Below, piece after piece: positions 9,735 to 18,671 of a stretch of 64,000 nt of DNA. The notes under the pieces were generated by a model that was not told the DNA's origin, made no database searches, and worked only from the letters and a program-made list of their open reading frames with translations. Each line of letters begins with the position of its first letter. The stretch's first letter is position 1. The position numbers and the translations under genes are program-made. The stretch is from a candidate division WWE3 bacterium RAAC2_WWE3_1. Lineage in GTDB: Bacteria; Patescibacteriota; WWE3; UBA101185; UBA10185. The stretch is taken from the NCBI GenBank assembly GCA_000503835.1, contig CP006914.1, forward strand, positions 785,680-849,679, written 5' to 3'.

Positions 9735-9950
9735 TTATTTTACAGGATCGTAACCTCCTTTGGAAAACGGATTACATCTTACCAGTCTTTTTACTCCCAG
9801 GATAGTGCCTTTTAAGGCGCCGTACTTTTCCACAGCTTCGTAGGTGTAATCGGCGCAGCTGGGTGTGAATCTACAGGTATTTATACCGAAATTGCCGGGA
9901 CTAAGCGTTTTTTTGTATATTTTTATTAAAGTCAGTATCAATTTCTTCAT
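9735..9950 (-). CDS. yidD: Membrane protein insertion efficiency factor YidD.
   Basis: [33 protein letters not shown] is the YidD signature. Confidence 0.8.
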   Translation of the reverse strand: MKKLILTLIKIYKKTLSPGNFGINTCRFTPSCADYTYEAVEKYGALKGTILGVKRLVRCNPFSKGGYDPVK

Positions 9951-10239
9951 ATGTTTTTCCCGCCGAAGAATGTTTGGGATATATGGAAATCCAGCGGTCT
10001 GCGGGTATCAAAGCCAGGTTTTTCCTTACGGTTTCGCGGAAAAGCCTTTTTATCCTGTTTCTGTCTGTGGCGTTCTTGCTGAATCTGGTGGATACAACAA
10101 AGCCTATTTTCGGCTGTCCTGTGTAGTTTTCGGGTTTTAGGATGTATAAGATGAAGTTGTCGCCCTCGATTTTTTGACCGTATTTCTTGGTTATCTTGTA
10201 TTCGAAGGGTGTGGAGAGACGGTTTTCTTTTTTCAGCAT
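9901..10239 (-). CDS. rnpA: RNase P protein component.
   Basis: [31 protein letters not shown]...NRIKRLFRE is the RnpA pattern. Overlaps the yidD start. Confidence 0.8.
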   Translation of the reverse strand: MLKKENRLSTPFEYKITKKYGQKIEGDNFILYILKPENYTGQPKIGFVVSTRFSKNATDRNRIKRLFRETVRKNLALIPADRWISIYPKHSSAGKTYEEIDTDFNKNIQKNA

Positions 10240-10245
10240 TTAGGA

Positions 10246-10404
10246 TTACTTGCCGTTATACGCTACCGCAAGCCTTTTTCGACCCCTAAGTCTTCTTCTT
10301 TTTAGGACGTTGTTGCCGTTCTTGGTAGAAGTTCTGTTTCTAAAGCCGTGTTTGCGGACTCTTTTAACTTTTTTTGGCTGCCACGTTCGTTTTGTTTTAG
10401 GCAT
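10246..10404 (-). CDS. rpmH: 50S ribosomal protein L34.
   Basis: Hand translation of the reverse strand gives [52 protein letters not shown] (52 aa). It is not in the ORF track because it is under 60 aa. Confidence 0.85.
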   Translation of the reverse strand: MPKTKRTWQPKKVKRVRKHGFRNRTSTKNGNNVLKRRRLRGRKRLAVAYNGK

Positions 10405-10485
10405 ATTAATGACCTCGAGAGGGATTATAACTGGATGTTGGCGTTATTTCAAGAAGGTATTCTATTGGATAAATAGACCGATTTT

Positions 10486-10851
10486 TTGTATAGTCTACCA
10501 ATGAACCATATAAAACCCGAGATAACATATGAAGACTTCTCGAAACTTGATATACACGCCGGAACCGTCCTGTCGGCCGAAAGAGTAGAGGGGTCCGAAA
10601 AGCTTATAAAACTACAGGTAGATTTCGGCCCGGAACTCGGTCAAAAACAGATCCTGACCGGATTATTAAAATGGTACAAACCCGAAAGTTTTGTGGGGAT
10701 GCAAACAACCTTTATTGTCAATCTTCCTCCCCGAAAAATGATGGGGCTTATGTCGGAAGGAATGATTCTTGCTCTCGGACTATCCGACGAAGAAAAACCA
10801 ACCCTTCTAAAACCCAAAAGAAAGGTTAAAAACGGAGAAGGCGTACGCTAA
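10486..10851 (+). CDS. tRNA-binding domain protein (CsaA/Myf-like).
   Basis: DFSKLDIHAGTVLSAERVEGSEKLIKLQVDFG is an OB-fold tRNA-binding motif. Confidence 0.65.
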   Translation: MYSLPMNHIKPEITYEDFSKLDIHAGTVLSAERVEGSEKLIKLQVDFGPELGQKQILTGLLKWYKPESFVGMQTTFIVNLPPRKMMGLMSEGMILALGLSDEEKPTLLKPKRKVKNGEGVR

Positions 10852-12054
10852 GTGAGATCCAAAACATACTACATAAAAACATTCGGATGTTACTCTAACA
10901 CGGCCGATTCAGGCACGATGGCCGGAATGCTGGAAGTCCTGGGTTACGAAGCTCTTTCCGTTCCTGAATTTAAAACCGAAAAAGAAACTCTCCAATTTGT
11001 TATGAAGGACGCCGACCTTTTAATCGTAAACTCCTGCTCTGTCCGCCAGAAAAGCGAAGACAAGGTTTACGGCATAGGTAAGGTGGTCAAGGAAATAAAA
11101 GTTCTCACCGGCCACAAGCCGTTTATCATCCTAGCCGGATGCATTGTGGGGAGTGTTACGGGGGAGAGACAGAGATACGATTTTGCTACGTTAAAAAAGA
11201 AAACTCCCTGGGCGGATCTTTACATGAATCCCTCACAAATACATGAATTGCCCTTACTACTTAAAAAAGAAGGATTGTTAGGTGAATGGGCAGCAGGAAA
11301 TAAAGTAATAGAGGGCGCGCAGGACACAGCTAACCACGCTTTTATTAATATTTCACAGGGTTGCGACAATTTTTGTGCGTTCTGTGTTGTTCCCTACGCG
11401 CGGGGAAGGGAAGTGTCCCGCAGTAAAGAGGATATTCTCAAGGATATCGGGCGTTTGGTTAAAAAGGGTGTAACGGAAATAACTTTAAGCGCCCAGAACG
11501 TAAATTCCTGGGGTTTATCGGTTAAAGAAAAGTTTCAAATTAGAACAGGCAGCAACCAGAAACTGCCGTTTGCCTCGCTGTTAAGGGAAATTCACGACAT
11601 TCCGGAGATTAAAAAGATAAGTTTTTTGTCATCAAATCCTTTTGATTTTACAAACGATCTTGTTGAGGCGGTATCTTTGCCCAAAATCGACAATTACATC
11701 CACATAGCGGTACAGTCTGGAAATAACGACGTTCTCCACAGGATGAACCGCCGGCACACCATCGAGGATTTCACCGCCCTAATAAATAAATTAAATAAAG
11801 TCAAAAAAGATATTGAGATCGGAACTGATCTCATTGTTGGGTTTCCGGGCGAAACACGTGAACAATTTATGGACACCGTCGAACTGGTTAAAAAATCAAA
11901 TTTTTCAGTGGCTTTCATAGCTATGTACTCTCCGCGTAAAGGAACGGTTTCGGAAACGACATTCGAAGACGATGTTCCTTCCGTCGAGAAAAAATACAGA
12001 CACGATTTTCTTACCAAGACATGGAAAGCTTCGAAGAAGAAAGAACGTCTATGA
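10852..12054 (+). CDS. miaB: Radical-SAM tRNA methylthiotransferase (MiaB family).
   Basis: N-terminal MTTase domain and a CDNFCAFCVVPYARG radical-SAM cysteine triad. Followed by miaA. GTG start. Confidence 0.7.
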   Translation: MRSKTYYIKTFGCYSNTADSGTMAGMLEVLGYEALSVPEFKTEKETLQFVMKDADLLIVNSCSVRQKSEDKVYGIGKVVKEIKVLTGHKPFIILAGCIVGSVTGERQRYDFATLKKKTPWADLYMNPSQIHELPLLLKKEGLLGEWAAGNKVIEGAQDTANHAFINISQGCDNFCAFCVVPYARGREVSRSKEDILKDIGRLVKKGVTEITLSAQNVNSWGLSVKEKFQIRTGSNQKLPFASLLREIHDIPEIKKISFLSSNPFDFTNDLVEAVSLPKIDNYIHIAVQSGNNDVLHRMNRRHTIEDFTALINKLNKVKKDIEIGTDLIVGFPGETREQFMDTVELVKKSNFSVAFIAMYSPRKGTVSETTFEDDVPSVEKKYRHDFLTKTWKASKKKERL

Positions 12055-12986
12055 AAGTTTTCGTAATAGTAGGTCCAACATCAACCGGCAAAACTTCTCT
12101 ATCCGTTGAATTATGTAAAAAGCTGGGTGGGGAAATAATCTCGGCCGATTCCAGGCAGATTTATAAATACATGGATGTAGGGACAGGCAAACTTCCTATC
12201 GGTAGTTCTGTAAATATTAAAAAGGGGGACGAATTCTGGGAGCTGGACGGGATCAAGGTTTGGGGTTACGACCTGGTAGTTCCCGACCAATACTTTTCAA
12301 GCTATGACTTTGCAAAGTATGCACCGGAGAAGACCGAAGAGATTTTTTCCGGAGGCAAAAACGTGTTTCTTGTTGGCGGCACCGGGTACTACGTGGACAC
12401 GGTGACCGGGAAATTGGTATTAAATAACAATATTGAACCTGATTTTGCCTTACGTACCGAACTTGAAAAAAAGCCTCTCCCGGAATTGCAGACCCTTCTC
12501 ACGTCGTTAAATCTAGAGGCCTTCCAAAAAATAGATAAGAAAAATCCGGTGAGATTAATCCGTGCTATTGAAAAAGAAAAAGGGAAGAAAAAAAATCTTA
12601 CTCCCCTACCCCACCCCGACGCTGAATTTATTTATATCGGACTTTCTGGTCCCCGCGAATTTTTATATTTCAGAGCGGATAAATGGGTCGAAGAAATTTG
12701 GAAAAATAAACAAGTTATTTCGGAAACAGAAAAATTACTGTCTATGAATTTCGGTTCCTTCCCACCTCTCCGCGGACTTGTATATAAAACTGCGGTGTCC
12801 TTTATAAATAAGGAAATTACGGAGGCCGCGGCAATTCAAAGGATAAAATTTGATATTCACGCGTATATAAGGCGACAGCAAACTTGGTTCAAACGTAACC
12901 CGGATATTAAATGGTTTGATGTTTCTGTCGATTCATATACGGAAAACGTGTATAGTTTTATTAAGGAGAACTTAAAAAATGGATAA
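12051..12986 (+). CDS. miaA: tRNA dimethylallyltransferase.
   Basis: MKVFVIVGPTSTGKTSLSVELCKKLGGEIISADSRQIY P-loop. The ORF track starts at 12021; the internal Met at 12051 is the likelier start. Confidence 0.8.
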   Translation: MKVFVIVGPTSTGKTSLSVELCKKLGGEIISADSRQIYKYMDVGTGKLPIGSSVNIKKGDEFWELDGIKVWGYDLVVPDQYFSSYDFAKYAPEKTEEIFSGGKNVFLVGGTGYYVDTVTGKLVLNNNIEPDFALRTELEKKPLPELQTLLTSLNLEAFQKIDKKNPVRLIRAIEKEKGKKKNLTPLPHPDAEFIYIGLSGPREFLYFRADKWVEEIWKNKQVISETEKLLSMNFGSFPPLRGLVYKTAVSFINKEITEAAAIQRIKFDIHAYIRRQQTWFKRNPDIKWFDVSVDSYTENVYSFIKENLKNG

Positions 12987-13968
12987 ACAGGTCGTTATTT
13001 CTTTTAAAACTATTTTATTAACCTTTGCGGTTGTATTGGCAGGTTACGTAATTTATAGACTGGGTTCTGTTATAGGCATCTTCGCCATCGCCACTCTTTT
13101 AGTTATCGCCATGGAGTCGGTGATAAATTATTTTATGAGACTCACGGTCTTTAATAAGCCTTTGAAAAAAGGGGTTGCTGTTTTGATTTCGTATGGGTTG
13201 TTACTACTGGTAATGATTGTAGTAGGGACAGTGGGACTGCCTCCGGTTATTGCCCAGTTCCAGAAAATGATTGTGGGAATTTCGCAGATTGCTCAGGGGC
13301 TCAATCTGGGCGATGATTTCAGCATTCAGCTAAAAGACTTTTTACCCCAGGCCGCCAACGTTTCATCCGAGCTTTTGTCTGTGACCATTTCTGTATTTTC
13401 AAATGCAACTACGATATTCAGCATATTTGTGATTGCAATCTATATGTCTTTAGACTGGAAGAATCTTAAGAAACGCTTCCTATCTCTTTTCCCCGAGCGT
13501 TTAGAAGATGAGGCCGAAGATACTTTTTTGGAAGTAGAAAGAAATGTCGGCCAGTGGTTAAAAGGCCAGCTTCTTTTGATGCTGGTCATCGGCGTGGCAA
13601 GTTTTATCGGTTTATTGTTGCTCGATATTAGGTATCCTTTGGCTTTGGCTATGGTCGCCGGTCTATTGGAAATAGTTCCGATGATAGGACCTGTACTTTC
13701 TGCCGTGGTAGCGGCGATTATTGGATTCTCCGATACCCCCGTAAAAGGTGTGGGAGTCATCGCTTTATTTATAATCATTCAACAGTTGGAAAATAATTTG
13801 CTCGTCCCGAAGATTATGCAGAAAGTGTCGGGGTTCAGCCCTTTGATTATTTTGTTGGCTTTACTTATTGGATCTGAATTTTTCGGTGTGGTAGGAGCAA
13901 TTGTTGCGGTACCGACGACGATGATAATTTCAATAATTCTAAAGAGAGTTTTGGGGCGGTCGGATTAA
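12979..13968 (+). CDS. AI-2E family (PerM/UPF0118) transporter.
   Basis: Eight predicted TM segments; topology and length typical of AI-2E permeases. Confidence 0.65.
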   Translation: MDKQVVISFKTILLTFAVVLAGYVIYRLGSVIGIFAIATLLVIAMESVINYFMRLTVFNKPLKKGVAVLISYGLLLLVMIVVGTVGLPPVIAQFQKMIVGISQIAQGLNLGDDFSIQLKDFLPQAANVSSELLSVTISVFSNATTIFSIFVIAIYMSLDWKNLKKRFLSLFPERLEDEAEDTFLEVERNVGQWLKGQLLLMLVIGVASFIGLLLLDIRYPLALAMVAGLLEIVPMIGPVLSAVVAAIIGFSDTPVKGVGVIALFIIIQQLENNLLVPKIMQKVSGFSPLIILLALLIGSEFFGVVGAIVAVPTTMIISIILKRVLGRSD

Positions 13969-14006
13969 GTCCAGTTAAGTCAGCCAAGCTTTTCAATGGA
14001 TTTTTA

Positions 14007-14774
14007 TCAAAGCTTGTAATTATTGCTAACCAGGGCATCGATAGATTCAAGCAAAAGTTTAAAGTCCTTCATATAATCTACCTCAGAAATTTGGACGGGA
14101 TTTTCCAATAAATAGCAGGTGCCGCCCTCTTTTATAAACTCTTTTGGATAAAACTCAATTTTATTTTTAAACAAGTCCTTTTTTATAGTATCTTCGTAGA
14201 ATTTAAAATCAATGATATACGGCATTTGTGTTATATATTCGTTTTCAGTCGCCCTAAAATCTCTTGGTTCTGCAGCAGCAATGTTATTAAAATCTATGAC
14301 TTTATTGCTTTCAACTTTCCCTATCGAAACACAGGATTCATATCTGTATCTATACCCGGATAAAACAATTGAATTATCTGTGTACGTGTCGCCCATTCTT
14401 TTAAGAAATGAAGATGACTGAGGTGAGTGTCCGCATAGCAAATAGAAAGGCTCCGAGCCAAAATGATCCTTAACTAAATCCAAGGCACCCCTAAAACCCA
14501 ATCCCAACTCTTTTGGAAATTGAACCCATCTGATATTTGAATTGGACTCTTTTAGGTATCTTAATCGAGTTATCTTTTCTTTTGATAAGGTATCTTCGAT
14601 ATCTTTATTTGGAAGAAAAACCACTAAGTCCTTTATACCAGCAAGATTAACGGAATCTAAAACGTATTCTAAAAGTAGCCTGTCCTTGTACAAAATGTGA
14701 GATTTTGTACCCATCCCCAATCTGGTTCCACTACTTCCCGCCATAATCAAGGCTTTATTAACCTTACTAGACAT
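14007..14774 (-). CDS. Sugar-phosphate nucleotidyltransferase family protein.
   Basis: N-terminal MAGSSGTRLG matches the G-x-G-x-R-L NTP-transferase motif. Confidence 0.5.
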   Translation of the reverse strand: MSSKVNKALIMAGSSGTRLGMGTKSHILYKDRLLLEYVLDSVNLAGIKDLVVFLPNKDIEDTLSKEKITRLRYLKESNSNIRWVQFPKELGLGFRGALDLVKDHFGSEPFYLLCGHSPQSSSFLKRMGDTYTDNSIVLSGYRYRYESCVSIGKVESNKVIDFNNIAAAEPRDFRATENEYITQMPYIIDFKFYEDTIKKDLFKNKIEFYPKEFIKEGGTCYLLENPVQISEVDYMKDFKLLLESIDALVSNNYKL

Positions 14775-14958
14775 AAGGGTATATTATCACGGCCATTCGG
14801 CTGCTATAAGTTCAAATAGCGTACAATACTGCTAGCCAAAGTATCAAATCCCCACCTCTTCTTTAAACTATCGGTTCCAAAGTAGTACAATAACGCGTAT
14901 AAATAATATCTTAACGTACGCTTTCTGTAACAATAAAAAAAGAAATATCTCCAACGAG

Positions 14959-15417
14959 GTGATGATAAATCTTAAGTGTACTGATTTCCTTTCAGTTGAG
15001 TGCTCAACAAATGCGATCGGTTTAATGAATACTAATAAACTTCTGTCACTTATAAAGGAGTCTAATTATAAATACATCATTGGTTTGGGAATTTATGCTA
15101 GTAAAAATAATGTAATAAAAATCGAAAAAAAGGCGACGAATCACTTCAGAAATGAGAAAGCTATAAAGAAGGCACCTAACTATTATGATATTGGTGAGTT
15201 TATCAAAATTGAAGATATGGACACTAATTTTGTTATTAGTGACAAGATGGGAAACTCTTGGTGCAATATGACTGCTTTTGTTATAAGGGACTGTCTAAAC
15301 AGAAATAACATCTCCGCACTAAATGGGTTTATACATATTCCAAACGAACCTGAAAATCTACCTGTATATCAGAGTGTAATTCAAAACGTTTTAAATAGTA
15401 TAAAAAGTTCCAACTAG
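14959..15417 (+). CDS. Pyroglutamyl-peptidase I (C15)-like, N-terminally truncated.
   Basis: GLGIYASKNNVIKIEKKATN, WCNMTAFVI (like GTFVCNH) and NGFIHIPN (like GGFIHIPY). Only 152 aa. Lies in an AT-rich islet. Confidence 0.4.
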   Translation: MMINLKCTDFLSVECSTNAIGLMNTNKLLSLIKESNYKYIIGLGIYASKNNVIKIEKKATNHFRNEKAIKKAPNYYDIGEFIKIEDMDTNFVISDKMGNSWCNMTAFVIRDCLNRNNISALNGFIHIPNEPENLPVYQSVIQNVLNSIKSSN

Positions 15418-15447
15418 TTTCCAACTGCCAGGCTCAAGACAAATACA

Positions 15448-15779
15448 AATACGGGAAGCGAATAAGCCAGATTCTGTTCGCCCTTGCGGGTTGCGAACCA
15501 TCTATCTACGCCCCATCTTCGTGCCTCGCCGAGCAGGCTGATAACGGCACATTCGTGGGTTGCTGAGGGGTGGGATTGCCCGTTTCACCCTGTTTCATGG
15601 CAAAGCTTTAGAAACAGGCTCGTCTCTGTTGCTCTCGGAGCGCGTCCTCGCCCTCCGTCCTTTCGCCCTTTCGGGCTAAGACACCAGAACTTGCGTTTCG
15701 GAGATTGCCCTCCGTCCCCCTGCTCTGTACAGTCTGGACTTTCCTGGCCTTAAAAGGCCCGGTTCGCCTGCTTCCCGTG
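15448..15779 (-). ncRNA. rnpB: RNase P RNA (bacterial type A-like, compact).
   Basis: The reverse complement contains GGAAAGUCC (P4 5' strand), AGCAACAGAGA, GGGUGAAACGGG, and a 3' UAGAUAGAUGG...ACAGAAUCUGGCUUAUUCGCUUCCCGU. P1 pairs ACGGGAAGC (5') with GCUUCCCGU (3'). The ORF 15484..15753 is antisense to it. Confidence 0.8.
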
Positions 15780-15784
15780 GCCGT

Positions 15785-15812
15785 ATTCTACCACCTTTTC
15801 TTTTATCGGTAA
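15785..15812 (-). promoter_or_regulatory. Candidate sigma70-like promoter for rnpB.
   Basis: On the minus strand: TTACCG, 16 nt, TAGAAT, ending about 6 nt before the predicted RNA 5' end. Confidence 0.35.
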
Positions 15813-15915
15813 TGTTTTCAGCGTATGAAAAATGTATTAACCGGCCAACTTTTCCGTATGCGAAATCTATCTACTAAGGGTATGGTGCGAGGAGGTAACA
15901 TTCTCCGTACACGGA

Positions 15916-16056
15916 GTTGTTACCGATGAGCAGCACGCCCACTCTGTGATGAGATAACCTTTTGTACCAGATAAAGGTGTTGCGAACAGACAACTTCTGA
16001 GTATTCGAAGCTGTTGTCCTGTGAGCAACACGCCCGACCTATGATATCATTACTCC
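15916..16056 (+). repeat. Hairpin plus duplicated ~47-nt element upstream of mltG.
   Basis: Hairpin GGTAACATTCTCCGT/ACGGAGTTGTTACC. It is followed by GGAGTTGTTACCGATGAGCAGCACGCCCACTCTGTGATGAGATAACC and a second copy GAAGCTGTTGTCCTGTGAGCAACACGCCCGACCTATGATATCATTAC. Confidence 0.3.
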
Positions 16057-17127
16057 ATGACCGAGCCACTTGATCCAAATAAATATCATGTATTAACACC
16101 GGTGGCTAAAAAGAGGATTGTGTTCGCCGGATTATTCTTCGCACTTATCGTTTTGCCCTTTCTTTTAAGAGCCTACTACCGGGTTGCCTTAAACAGGCCC
16201 TCCCAGTCCGGAAAAGAGGTAAGTGTGGAAATTATGAAGGGGGACGGAGTTGCCGATATTGCCCGGGATCTTTTAGAAAAAGGAGTGATAAATTCGGATT
16301 TTCTTTTTAACATCTACGTTTACACAGGCAAGTTCGGAAACAGGATACAGGCGGGGACATATAAAATACCTGCTGGGTCTAATTTGAAACAAGTCGTTGA
16401 AATCATTCAGCACGGAACTAACGATGTTCAACTCACTTTTCTCGAGGGATGGAGATCCGAGGAATTCGCGCGTCTTGCGTCAAACAATCTGGATAATATA
16501 GATTTCCAGGAATTTATAAGTCTGGCAAAAGACAAAGAAGGATTTCTTTTCCCTGATACATATTCTATAAATAAAGATATACAGGAAGAGGAGCTCCTGA
16601 ATATTTTTACTTCTACTTTTACCGAAAAGACAAAAGACATTTTGACCGAAGACAAACTGACAAAAGCAGGTTTGACGCGGGAGCAGGTGATTATTTTTGC
16701 CTCAATTCTGGAACGCGAAATTCATACAGAAGAAGATAGACCGATTGTAGCCGGAATTATTATTAAAAGATGGAGGGAAGACATGAAGCTGGATGTGGAC
16801 GCTACTACACAGTACGTTGCCGCGTGGCAGGATATTTGCGGCGCCCCGGAAAGATGCATTCCTCCGCTTGAGGACGTGGAAAATTTTGACTGGTGGCCTG
16901 CAATCCTTACGCAGGACGATCTTGAGTTGGACAGCCCTTACAACACCAGAAAAAACCTCGGATTACCCCCGTTGCCCATTTCCAATCCGGGCTTAAGTGC
17001 AATGGATGCGGTATTGAATGCTAAGGAAAGTCCCTATTATTTTTATCTTACGGATAAGGAAGGCGCCGTTTATTACGCAGTAACCTTGGATCAACACAAT
17101 GCCAACGCTGTGAAATATCTTCAGTAA
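16057..17127 (+). CDS. mltG: Endolytic murein transglycosylase MltG (YceG-like).
   Basis: N-terminal TM; YceG core SNLKQVVEII...PYNTRKNLGLPPLPISNPG. Confidence 0.8.
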   Translation: MTEPLDPNKYHVLTPVAKKRIVFAGLFFALIVLPFLLRAYYRVALNRPSQSGKEVSVEIMKGDGVADIARDLLEKGVINSDFLFNIYVYTGKFGNRIQAGTYKIPAGSNLKQVVEIIQHGTNDVQLTFLEGWRSEEFARLASNNLDNIDFQEFISLAKDKEGFLFPDTYSINKDIQEEELLNIFTSTFTEKTKDILTEDKLTKAGLTREQVIIFASILEREIHTEEDRPIVAGIIIKRWREDMKLDVDATTQYVAAWQDICGAPERCIPPLEDVENFDWWPAILTQDDLELDSPYNTRKNLGLPPLPISNPGLSAMDAVLNAKESPYYFYLTDKEGAVYYAVTLDQHNANAVKYLQ

Positions 17128-17531
17128 TTTTGCGGAGAGTTGTTAAGGGCATTCTCTATCATTCTTCTTGTAACACAAAAACCCAGATCCCTGATTATCT
17201 TTTCGTTGATGAAAATCGGGATGTTGAACATTTTGCAGACCTTGAACGCCACCATCGGCGGTATATTAATATCAGTAAATTTTCTTCCCTGCTTTAAAGT
17301 TAAATATGAGTAGAAAGTGTTGTCCTGAAATTTATATATTTTTGAGGAAACAATCTCTGCTTTTAATGTAGTGAGGATGTGACGGAAAATAGTATAAAGA
17401 TCGGGGTAGACAACATCTGACCTATCCCTAAGTTCCATCGGGATAAGAACTTTCGGATTTTTGCACAAAAAATAAGCAGTCTTCTTGGCGTCCCCGGGTA
17501 TAGTAGTGATATACTTTGCTTCCTTATACAT
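17121..17531 (-). CDS. Hypothetical protein, possibly DUF151/bifunctional-nuclease-like.
   Basis: Weak pattern resemblance only. Confidence 0.25.
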   Translation of the reverse strand: MYKEAKYITTIPGDAKKTAYFLCKNPKVLIPMELRDRSDVVYPDLYTIFRHILTTLKAEIVSSKIYKFQDNTFYSYLTLKQGRKFTDINIPPMVAFKVCKMFNIPIFINEKIIRDLGFCVTRRMIENALNNSPQNY

Positions 17532-17572
17532 TTTCCCGATGTTAGAATATAGCTGTATAATTTACTTATTGT

Positions 17573-17998
17573 ATGCAACTGCTCAAAGATATTTACAATA
17601 ACGCCGAAGCCCTGAAAGGGCGCAGGCTCATAACCGCGACCGTTGCCCTTTCAATAGTTTTCCTGGGAATCGGCATTTTCATAGGTTATCTTAACAACCT
17701 CATATTAAAAAAAGGTGAAATATCAATGGATACGGTACTTCCTCCCCCTGTGGCAGACACTACAATCGTGCTTGAGGGCCGCGTAGTCTATACCAACCCG
17801 GAATACTACCCCGGTGATGAGATATCATTTGTTTTGACAGATGCCTCCGGTAAGGAAGTTTCTTTACTCAGGGCCGATGACGACAAACTGGCTTTAGCCG
17901 AGGGGTTAAATGTTAAAGTGCGGGGCGATGAGATGAGGACCAAGTCAGGAACCAAGTATTTAATGGTCAGGGAGGTTATTATTAATGCCGCAAATTGA
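17573..17998 (+). CDS. Hypothetical membrane-anchored protein.
   Basis: Single N-terminal TM (ITATVALSIVFLGIGIFIGYL). Overlaps the ftsE start. Confidence 0.3.
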   Translation: MQLLKDIYNNAEALKGRRLITATVALSIVFLGIGIFIGYLNNLILKKGEISMDTVLPPPVADTTIVLEGRVVYTNPEYYPGDEISFVLTDASGKEVSLLRADDDKLALAEGLNVKVRGDEMRTKSGTKYLMVREVIINAAN

Positions 17999-18671
17999 AT
18001 TTATCAACGTTTCCAAAGAATATGATCCCGGCAAAAAAGTGCTGGATGATGTGACGTTCAAAGTTGAACCAGGTGAGTTTATGTTCGTAGTCGGGCCTTC
18101 GGGTGCAGGTAAGTCGACGATTATTAAATTGCTGACCAAAGAAGAAATGCCCGAAGTCGGAGACATCCTGTTTAACGGTGAGAGTATTTTGAATATTTTA
18201 AAGGAGTCCGTACCCGATCTGAGAAGAAAGATTGGCGTTGTTTTTCAGGACTTCAGGCTTCTGGACTCAAAAACTGTTTTTGACAATGTCGCAGTGGCCC
18301 TGGAAGTTGCCGACTCAAATTTAGACGAGATCAGAAGCATCGTACCCAATGTTCTGAACATGGTCGGATTAACAGACAAAATGTTCAAGTATCCCAGACA
18401 GCTTTCGGGAGGAGAAAAACAAAAAGTCGCTATTGCCCGCGCATTAGCCCACGAGCCCGACGTCATATTAGCCGACGAGCCTACAGGGATGATAGATCCT
18501 GATTCTGTGGATGATGTGCTCGAGGTTCTCGAAAAAATAAACTCCTTGGGTACCACGATCTTAATGGCCACGCACGACCAGGAGATTGTGAACGCGATGA
18601 AAAAGAGGGTGCTCCGTATCGAAAGAGGTCAGGTAATTTCGGATAAGAAGGGGGGAAAATATCGTGGCTAA
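17985..18671 (+). CDS. ftsE: Cell division ATP-binding protein FtsE.
   Basis: Walker A is GPSGAGKST; LSGGEKQKVAIARAL signature; 228 aa. Confidence 0.85.
   Translation: MPQIEFINVSKEYDPGKKVLDDVTFKVEPGEFMFVVGPSGAGKSTIIKLLTKEEMPEVGDILFNGESILNILKESVPDLRRKIGVVFQDFRLLDSKTVFDNVAVALEVADSNLDEIRSIVPNVLNMVGLTDKMFKYPRQLSGGEKQKVAIARALAHEPDVILADEPTGMIDPDSVDDVLEVLEKINSLGTTILMATHDQEIVNAMKKRVLRIERGQVISDKKGGKYRG

Noticed and set aside
10250-10504. An 84-aa plus-strand ORF.
   Set aside because: It is antisense to the clearly conserved rpmH (L34) gene.
15484-15753. An 89-aa plus-strand ORF in a GC-rich stretch.
   Set aside because: It lies antisense within the RNase P RNA gene and is Arg/Pro-rich, low-complexity sequence. 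It is not a credible CDS.
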